A stretch of 64,000 bases of DNA from Paraspadella gotoi (taxonomy: Eukaryota > Animalia > Chaetognatha), in NCBI GenBank assembly GCA_051294375.1, contig CM119270.1:9735530-9799529 (forward strand), in the 5' to 3' direction. Positions 13,053 to 64,000 of the stretch are shown here, piece after piece. Made by a program: the position numbers and the translations under genes. The first letter of the stretch is position 1; every line of letters starts with the position of its first letter. The notes under the pieces are model-generated. The model saw only the letters and a program-made list of their open reading frames with translations, was not told the DNA's origin and ran no database searches.

Positions 13053-14356
13053 ATCGGGATGTGAATGGAAATCCAAGAGAACCGAATCTCTCCTCAGCCT
13101 TTGGATCCATTGGAGGCAAATCGAGCGACTTCCACTCAACAATTGATTTTCTGACAAAACAATGAAATATATATGGATAATTTTTATATTGGTTGTACCA
13201 ATTTCATATGCGAGAAAAATTAACGCCGACAATTGCGTCATATCATTCGCTGTTTTATAATTATGATATAACTTCAGACGATATGACATGATATGATATG
13301 CGATGAAACATGATTTTATGTCAATATTGTGAAACCAATATGACGTTAACAACAACAACAAAGTACACGACATCTTCGGCGCCATTCGCTCTTCTCTTCA
13401 TCCATAGAAAATAAAAAGAAGAAAAACCTCATATTTTTCTTATTCATAAACATATATGTTCCGTGTTTCGATTTTCATCATTTACTGTGTAAAGAAAATT
13501 AAATTTAAAAAAATGTTTAAAAACAATGCGGCGATGTCGAGATTCTTTTTTTACGCAAGAGAGAATTTCTGTAATTTGGTATTAGTATTAGTATTAGTAT
13601 TAAAACTTTGCTTGCTTCGCCGCATTTCCTGTTATCGCCTGTACTTTGTTACACGAGTATATTTGTAGTTTTTCTATACCTCATACGACTAAATTTAATA
13701 CTTTCTCTCTTACGACAAATAAAAAACAAAATGTCTCGTTAATTAATTTATTTCGTCAACTTTTCCCTTGTGTTCGTGTGCGTTGCAGAGAAAAGGAATG
13801 AGGGAAGGAAGGAAGGGAGAAAGGAAGAGAGAAAGGAAGGAAGGAAGGAAGGAAGAAAGGAAGAAAGGAAGGAAAGAAGGAAAGAAAGAAGGAAGGGAGG
13901 AAGGAAGGAAGAAAGTGAGAAAAAAGAAAGAGTAGAAAAACTAAGTGAGCGAAATTGAGAGAGAAATGTGATTAAGACGGGAAGTTAAGGAAAGTGAGTG
14001 ATAAAAAATTTTAGGAGCTACTAACTCACTCTCCAAGGGTGAGGTTCTCTTTTAGATGTTTGCGTAAATTGGTTTCAAAACCAGAAACTATCTACAAAAA
14101 CCACCGACTTCAACAGATCTTTTCCTACTCTTACTTTAACTAAATTCTTCTTGAATAAATCTTTCTATGGTCTCGATCCATTTTCGCGGACCTTAAGCTC
14201 CCTGTCCTTTCTCTCTCTCTCTGCTTCCTCCATCGTTCAAATTATCGTCGTCGTTTATGTCGATCCCGATCCTGACGGAGGCTTAATTCTTTCTCTCGCT
14301 GAGTCACCCAGAAAGCCAGAATTTCAATGTTGCAAAACTAGTGTCAGGAAAAATGA

Positions 14357-14450
14357 CCCTAATCCCTTACCCTAATCCCTAACCCTAATCCCAACCCTAC
14401 TCCCTAATATCTATCCTCTAAACTAACCTTATCCCTAACCGAAACCCTAA
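14357..14450. repeat. degenerate (CCCTAA)n telomere-like tract
   Basis: ccctaatcccttaccctaatccctaaccctaa...; similar at 24415-24475, 32855-32945, 33590-33860. Confidence 0.6.
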
Positions 14451-14687
14451 ACAATTAATCCATCGTTCAAATTATCGTTGTCGTATTTGTCGATCCTGAC
14501 TCGAAGTCATCCCGCCAGAGAGAGCGAGAGAGATTCGCTACTTCGTCATACGGCAAGGGGGCATCGATGATTGAAAAGGACGAAGAATGTGAAGAAAAGA
14601 AATAAAAACAATCAAGAAAGAAAAAATGGATAAAGAAATAAAAAAAACTAAGTAAAAAGAGAAAGATCTAAAAATAGAATAACTCAC

Positions 14688-56815
<42,128 letters not shown>

Positions 56816-56839
56816 CTGTGTTCAAGGAGTGGGAAGGGA

Positions 56840-56976
56840 GGGAGCAGAGAGGGAGGGAGAGAGAGAGAAAGAGAGAGAGTGAGAGAGAGAGAGAAGCGAG
56901 AAGAGAGACGAAGTGAGAAGAGAGAGAAAGAGTGAGAGAGAGAGACGAGAGAGGGAGCGAGAGAGAGAGAGAGAGC

Positions 56977-57011
<35 letters not shown>

Positions 57012-57167
57012 CGACAGAGACGAGAGAGAGAAAGAGAGAGAGAGGAGGAGAGTGAGAAAAGAGAGTGAGAGAGAGAGAAGAGAGAAGAGAGAGAGCGACA
57101 GAGAGTGAGAGGAGAGAGGAGGAGAGGAGAGAGAGAGAGAGGAGAGAGAGAGGAACAGAGAGAGAGC

Positions 57168-57200
<33 letters not shown>

Positions 57201-57330
57201 CGACAGATTAGAGAGAGAGAGAGAGGAGAGAGAGAGAGCAAGAGGAGAGATAAAGAGAGAGAGAGAAAGAGGAGAGAGAGGAGAAAAAAGAGAAGAGAGA
57301 GAGAAAGAGCGAGAAGAGAGAGAGAGAGAA
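56840..57330. repeat. (GA)n-rich microsatellite tract; similar tracts at about 3010-3177, 3618-3710, 19017-19180, 19423-19557, 50719-50836
   Basis: Seen directly. Confidence 0.95.
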
Positions 57331-58114
57331 TATGATGGGATACGTGACATAGCGGGTAAGAGAGATTGGGAAGAGAGAAATTGTGAAAAGGAAAAACGAG
57401 ATAAACGTTCAATAAAATTGAGAGATGTAAAATTGTGATAATTTTTAACAGAAATAAAATTCGCTATAAATTTTTTTTCCTAATAGCGCGATGAAGAAAA
57501 AGGAAAAATAAAACAAATTACAACGGTAATATATAACATTTTGTCATAAAAACATTTTAGGAAAATTTTTTCTGCGGTTAAAAAAATATTTACGGTCAGG
57601 AAAAAAATATCTAAAAAACTAAAGGAATAATTAAACAAAAATTTAACGGCGCATGACAGGCATCATTCACTCTGAATACCAATTGTTTATCTTTGATGAA
57701 AAATATTTTTTGTAAACAAAAAACCTAACTAACACATGAAAGAGAGATTAAATTTACAACGAATTAACTACGCGAGTTTTGACATTTTGATAGCTCACTT
57801 TAAAGTTTGTGTGCTCTATATAGTATATTATATATATAGTATATTATAGACCCTTATCGTCTTACCCAAAAAAAACTGGCAAGGCTCCCGGTGAAATGAC
57901 GACGATGAATCTAGTTTTATTTTACGAATAGTTTAATTTTTTAATAAGCGACACGAAACGATCTGCCGTTATTAGGCTGACGACGAGGAGCTTACAAGAA
58001 ATTGAACAAGCAGAGGTCTGATGACATCAACCATGTAAACGGACGATCTTAATTTTACAATCAATACAATAACAAAGTTTTGATTTAATTTGTACAACGA
58101 TTTTATTTTGTATC

Positions 58115-58160
58115 TTAGCAGACATGTTCGCGCTCATAATCGAGCCTTCGATCAGCGCTT
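58115..58160 (-). ncRNA. degenerate hammerhead motif in the left inverted pLTR
   Basis: ctgatCga-a-ggctcg-attat-gagc-gcgaa-catgtc; core disrupted. Confidence 0.45.
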
Positions 58161-58754
58161 TTACAGTTGTAAAATTGAACAGATTTTGTGAGTTAATGAA
58201 AAAGGGGGGGGGAGAGAGAGAGAGAGAGAAGAGAGAGAGTAAAGAGAGAGAGAGAGAAGGAGAGAGAGAGAGAGTGAAGAAGAAGTTGTTCAGGTTAAAG
58301 CTTCCAACAAAGAATTGAGAAGTACAGTGGTCAGTGGTGAGGACAGATTTTAGACAAGCCAGTTTGAATAAGTTGTGAAAAGAAGTGAAAATTTATGTGA
58401 GAGAGAGAGATGAGAGTGAGAGAGAGAGAGAAATAGAAAGGGGATAGAGAGAGAGAGAGAGAGGAAATATATATATGGTACAGATAAGATTAATGCGAAA
58501 CTTTTGAAAATGTTCTGTCTAATAACAATTTAAAAATAAATTAATTTGAATTATAAGAAATTGAAGATCAAAAAGAAAATTAAAATTTGATATTTTTAGA
58601 TTAGAGGGATAGATAAGTAAAGATTGTAGTGAAATATAAGGATTGAGAAAGAGCTCAAAATGAACTGGGCCCCCCCGGTCTCGTGAAAGAAAGGCATTGC
58701 TGACTGTGCCGGGTCATTGGCGTGTCATAGGTTGGGAAGATAATAGGATTGATC

Positions 58755-59660
58755 AATGTGCTGATACAGCGCAAAGAGGGCAGTTCATTGGAGTTCACAG
58801 TTTATCGCAAACCAACGCATACAGATCAGTACATTCCTTTTGATTCACATGCTCCCTTGAGTCATAAGCTCGCCATGGTCAGATCCCTTACCAGAAGAGC
58901 TCAGCTGATTCCGTCGACCCCCGAGCTTCAGGCCGCCAAGCTTGAGCACGTCAAAAGAGCCTTGGCGCTCAATAAATAACCTCTGTGGGCTTTCGAGAAG
59001 GCAAGGTATCGGCAGAAACCGGCTGAAGGTAGCGGCCAGCAGGGGGCTACCCAAGTAACCGCTGACGCTGTCCCATCCTCTGCCCCCCAGGAGGATGGTG
59101 GGGAGCTTGCTGCTGAAACACCTACCGCGCCCACCACAGCGCAATTGGAAGATAAGCAGAAGCGACCCAGGAACGTGGGCCACTTGTCCCTCCCCTACCA
59201 CCAGGAGATCACTGAGTCATTGGTGCGGGTGCTAGCAAAGTAGGGGATCTCCACCTCAGTGACGGCCCGTGGCTCCCTATGTGAGCAAATGGTGAAACCG
59301 AAAGACAAAATCCCCAAACCGAAAACATCAGGAGCCGTCTATTGGGCGGCCTGTGCAGTGGCGGGCAATCAACCCTGTGCAGCAGCATATGTGGGCGAGA
59401 CAGGCAAGTCTCTCTCAGACCGTTTCCAGCAGCACGTAAGACCCTACAGAGACGGCATGTCATGTCCGCTATATCAGAGCACGCAACGCTCAGTGGTCAT
59501 CGATTCAGAGAGGAAGACTGTCTCGTGCTGTCCCATGACCCTAACTGGTTATCAAGGGGTATTAGAGAGGCCATTTACATCAAGACCTTGAACCCTCTTT
59601 GAACCGCGATGGAGGACGATTCGATCTCCCTCAAAACTATGATTCGCTTATCAAAGCAGT
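58755..59660 (+). pseudogene. PLE ORF remnant: RT thumb/linker plus GIY-YIG endonuclease, with stops and frameshifts
   Basis: FTVYRKPTHTDQYIPFDSHAPLSHK; SGAVY..C....C.AAYVGETGKSLSDRFQQH; SAISEH....GH; REAIYIK..NP..NRDGG. Confidence 0.88.
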
Positions 59661-61369
59661 GGTGGAACGCCCCACACCACCACAACCGCACAATGACTCT
59701 CCTGTCCCTACTCAACGAGCCAGGCAGAGACCTTTGGTCAACCGATGGGCACCTGACACCTCCGAATCTCCAACAGCAACTCAGCCCCTTTCTCTGAGGG
59801 CTGGGCGTTGTCCCAAGCGACGGCTGCAGGAGGATGAAGAGGACTCCACCATTCCTGTCAACAAAATGGCAAGAGTGGACACCCGCCCGCCTCACCGTCA
59901 GGTGAGAAGAGGGCCGTCGGCAGGCGTATCAGGCCAGAGGGATATTAGGGTGGCCTTGGGTTTGTTTCCTCAGGGAACAATACCTGAGCCAGCTAACACG
60001 AGATCAATCCTATTTTCTTCCCAACCTATGACACGCCAATGACCCGGCACAGTCAGCAATGCCTTTCCTTCACGAGACCGGGGGGGGGCCCAGCTCATTT
60101 TGAGCTCTTTCTCAATCCTTATATTTCACTACAATCTTTACTTATCTATCCCTCTAATCTAAAAATATCAAATTTCAATTTTCTTTTTCATCTTCAATTT
60201 GTTATAATTCAAATTGATTTATTTTTAAATTGTTATTAGACAGAACATTTCAAGTTTTTATTATCTTTATCCCTGTTGTACATTAAGGCGTAGTAAAATT
60301 TCTAAATTTAAATTTAATTAAAATTCTAAAAGTGAGGAACAAACAACATTATACTAATGAACATTTATGTAATAAAAAAATTTTTAATAAATTTTACAAT
60401 TTACACAGTAGGCCATGTTTATACTAAACCAGAGATGTGGAAGCGATCGATTTTTCCGCGCTGCCAATCGCGCTTCAAGACCCCTCCCGCTCCGTTTTCG
60501 GGTGCAATCCCTACTTTTTTTAGCCCGGATCGCTTTCGTTTCGAGTGCACATCGCTTCTTTTTTAAAAATTTTACATTTGTTAATTATTTATAAATACTC
60601 TCTTTAGACATGTAATTCATGGTAGAGTATATTTTAAACAATCTTTTTTGTTAACAAATAACAAGTGAAATTTTTACTATGAAAAATTGTAAGATTTGTA
60701 AATTGTAAGAATCGTTCGAGTGGAAATGAGTTTAAATGAAAAAAACAAAAAACTTTTTTCCCTATTTGGTTTTTTTTTTTTATTAAATATAAATACAAGC
60801 AGCATTATACATATTCTAATCAATTAATTAATCAATCAATCAATTAACTAAACAACTAATCAATCAAAATTATTAAAAAATTAATGAATCAATTTTTTTA
60901 TCAATCAATCAATTAAACAATCAAATAATTTATCAATCAACTAATTAATAAATTTATTTATCAAATAATTATTAAAAGAACAATTAATTAATTAATCAAT
61001 TATTAATCAATCAATTAAATAATGTCAGTGTTATCATTGTCATCTCCAACGTCGTTGTTGCTTTTGTCCTGGCCTGATATGAATTTATTTATTTGATCAA
61101 TCAATCATTCAATTAATCATGATGGTGCTATCCTGTTGTCATCATAATCATCATCAGGTCGTCAATTTTCTTTGTTCATAATGAAAAGACAAAAAAAAAA
61201 CAAACAAGTTTGAGTTAACAATGCCAGAACTGATCAGTTAATTAATTATTCAATCAATTAATCAAATATTCAATCAATCAATCAAAAAATTAAGCAATCA
61301 ATCAATTTGTCATCGTCGGTATTATCATTGTCGTGTTGCCATCATTTTATTTAATTATTAAACTCCTTA

Positions 61370-61745
61370 TTTTTGTTGTATATTGCAAAATGTATTTTAT
61401 TATTTTATTTATCCCTGTTGTTTGTTTCTCTCTCTCTTTCTCCTCTCTCTCTCTTTCTCTCTTTAACAAGTTTCACTTCTTTTCACAACTCACTCAATCT
61501 GCCCTTACCTTCAACCTGTCCTCACATCTGACCACTATTCTGTCTCACCACTTTATTGGAAAACTTTTACCCTCTCTCTCTCTTTCTCTCTCTCTTCTCT
61601 CACACTCTTCTTTTACACAAATTTATTATTGAATGTCATATGCTGATGAAGGCTGAAGTAAACAAGCCGAAACATGTCCAACTATTAATTAAAAATCATT
61701 GTTACAAATTCAAAATTCTTTGCTTTCTCTAAATTAATTAATTGA
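61370..61745 (+). mobile_element. solo PLE pLTR-like copy
   Basis: Same ttgta..CT-rich..ctgtcctca..ctgacca..ttggaa..hammerhead order as 36400-36720 and 63603-63980. Confidence 0.65.
61638..61683 (+). ncRNA. minimal type I hammerhead ribozyme motif (PLE-type)
   Basis: CTGATGA-A-GGCT-gaagtaaaca-AGCC-GAAA-CATGTC. Confidence 0.7.
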
Positions 61746-62055
61746 AATATTTTTATAATGTTTGCGGTGACTCAAAACAAAATTTATAGAAAAATTTGAG
61801 GCGTGTTTTTTTGTGATAAAGAAAACCTGGTATTATCAAAAACAGTAAAAAAAATAAAAATAATAACAACAACAATAGTATTTACATTGGCTGAGAAAAA
61901 GGTCAGCCATAACAAGATTAGGAAAAAAACAGGTTATTCTTATTGACCACTACTGTACTATACGGCTCACAAAGTACAAAGACTTCGTCGTCGTTTTCGT
62001 CATTGTATTCATCGTCGTTGTCGTCTTTGTTCAAATCATTGAGCTCCCAAATGTT

Positions 62056-62268
62056 CGATGTTATTATTTAGAACAAAGTTTGAAGAGAGATTAACAACGA
62101 TTTTTATTTCATAGTAGAAACAGACATGTTTTGACTCACATACGAGTCGTATGTGATCAAAACATGTCCGTTTCACTATGAATAAAAATCGTTGTTAAAT
62201 CTCTCTTCAAACTTTGTTCCTAATCAAATCACAACGAAACAGAAAGGAAAAAACACGATGTTATATTT
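62056..62268. mobile_element. hairpin-shaped miniature PLE insertion (arms of about 77 bp) with tail and TSD
   Basis: 62068-62145 is the reverse complement of 62146-62223 and includes the hammerhead 3' half aaacatgtc; tail caacgaaacagaaagg; cgatgttat on both sides. Confidence 0.7.
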
Positions 62269-63886
62269 TAATTTAATATGTAATTAATTAAATAAGTTAT
62301 TTTTTTAAAAATTATAATCATTAATTACAGCTAATGTATCGTGGCCAGATCCGGCATTGTTTGCTCAAACTTGTTTATTAATAATTTGATTTATTTATTT
62401 TATATATTTTTTTTTGTTCAGTGCAAGAGGGGAAAAAAAGAAGAAGATAGAGAGAGAGTGTGTGTTAAAGATTTAAGTATGTATAAGCATAATATATGCA
62501 ATATTGCCATAAAACAGATCAATCCTTTTGGTTTAAACTTGTTTGTAACATGAAAAACGTTATGATTTAAAAAAAAAGGAGACTTAAAATTAAAGAAATA
62601 ATAAAAATATAAGAAATACAATTTTTAGTTTTTAAGAATTAAAAAAGTTTAATTTAAATTTTAATGTAACTTAATTACAGTTTTTTTCAGATAGAAAAAA
62701 TCTTTTTTCAGCTCAGATTTTATTTGAATATATTAAAAAGAATAATCTAAATATAAAAATGTAATTTTTTTCATAGATTCTCGACCAAAGAGGAAAGAGA
62801 ATAAAAGAAAACAAAAAAATAAAAGAGAATAAGAAAAAGTGAATAAAAAAATTAGGTGCAAACAATTTTAAATGTTGAAAATAAATATTGAAAACAAATT
62901 TTTAAAAGAAAAATCAAGAAAGAGCAGGGGGTTGCAAAGATTTTAATACATTAAATACCTTTCATTTCTAACCAATAAAAACAGATGACCAGGAAGCGAA
63001 CACGCAGGGTTATTATAGCTTCCGGGTTCAATCCTTTATTCTCAATTTTTCTATCGCTCCCGGTTTCGGGTTCTTCAAAAATCGGCCGCTTCCACAGTGT
63101 TCGCTTACGCTTTCCGGATCGCGTCCACATCTCTGTACTAAACCAATAAATGTTAAAATTTCAAAACAGTTTTTTCTCACATTATTTTGCAGATTCGGAT
63201 TCGTCATAAAAAGTTGATAAAAAGAAATATAACTCTTTTTGAAAAATTCCTTTATTAAGTGGGTCAAAAATTAGAAAAAGCTATATTTTAAGATGAAAAT
63301 TAACTTTTTATATATTAAATATAGCTTTTTTAATTTTTAACCAACCTAATGAAAGAATTTTTAAAAATGATTTATATTTTCTTTTGTCAACTTTTGACGA
63401 GGAATTTAAATCTGCAATCAAAATTAAGAAAAGCCTATTTTGAAATTTTTCGATTTTATAAGGATAGTACTATATATAAATATAGCCTCCTGCGAAAATT
63501 AAAAAACATAAAATTTTTTTTTTTATAAATTAATGTTCACTGATAGTATGTTGTTCATAATTGACTTTTAGAATTTTCGTATGTAACTTTCACTACGCCT
63601 TATTGTACATTGCCAAATGTAATTGTATATATTTCCTCTCTCTCTCTTTATCCCCCTTTCTATCTCTCTCTCTCTCTCACTCTCTCTCTCTCTCTCACCA
63701 AATTTTCATTTCTTTTTCACAACTTATTCAAACTGGCCTTGTTTAAAATCTGTCCTCACCACTGACCACTGTCCTTTCTCAATTATTTGTTGGAAGCTTT
63801 AACCTTGAACTTCTTCTTCACTCTCTCTCTCTCTCTCTCTCTCCCTTTCTTTAACTCACAAAATCTGTTCACTTTTACAACTGTAA

Positions 63887-63934
63887 AAAGCGCTGATGAA
63901 GGCTCGAATTTATGAGCCGAAACAGGTCTGCTAA
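63887..63934 (+). ncRNA. minimal type I hammerhead ribozyme motif in the right pLTR
   Basis: agcg-CTGATGA-A-GGCTC-gaatttat-GAGCC-GAAA-CAGGTC-tgct; 4-bp stem I. Confidence 0.75.
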
Positions 63935-64000
63935 GATACAAAATAAAATCGTTGTACAAATTAAATCAAAACTTTATTATTCTCTCAAAAACAACGAAAG

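Larger units (their letters stand above)
60430..63135. mobile_element. non-autonomous hAT-like element (CAGAGATGTGG TIR, 8-bp TSD tactaaac) nested in the previous element
   Basis: TSD at 60422-60429 and 63136-63143. Confidence 0.85.
60284..63602. mobile_element. non-autonomous hAT-like element (TAAGGCGTAGT TIR, 8-bp TSD ttgtacat) inserted in the PLE right pLTR
   Basis: TSD at 60276-60283 and 63603-63610; imperfect TIRs of about 100 bp. Confidence 0.85.
58060..64000 (+). mobile_element. 5'-truncated Penelope-like retroelement (PLE) with inverted pseudo-LTRs; the right pLTR is interrupted by nested DNA elements
   Basis: About 58060-58754 is the reverse complement of 60002-60283 plus 63603-63980, and flanks an RT-thumb/GIY-YIG remnant; each pLTR ends in a hammerhead motif. 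Confidence 0.85.

Overview
AT-rich eukaryotic (probably invertebrate animal) genomic DNA rich in microsatellites and transposons. Most six-frame ORFs are low-complexity artefacts. The backbone is an internal part of an axonemal inner-arm dynein heavy chain gene (DNAH12-like) on the minus strand. I traced 29 frame-consistent exons from 56815 down to 14688 (about 1343 codons: late tail/linker, AAA1, AAA2, AAA3, up to just before the AAA4 P-loop); both gene ends lie outside the window. A complete 6-exon calcineurin-B-homologous protein (CHP-like, 199 aa) gene lies on the plus strand at 9992-13052, apparently nested antisense in a dynein intron. The introns hold: a decayed Penelope-like retroelement with inverted pseudo-LTRs; seven minimal hammerhead-ribozyme motifs (one degenerate) with covarying stem II; tiny hairpin-shaped Penelope insertions with a conserved tail and target duplications; a miniature LTR element (TRIM) whose LTRs carry a tRNA-like Pol III promoter, plus a related solo LTR; four hAT-like non-autonomous elements with 8-bp TSDs, two of them nested; two Helentron/DINE-like families; tRNA-derived SINEs; a perfect intronic RFX X-box; and a candidate 48-nt cassette exon. 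All calls were made by eye, with no database searches.
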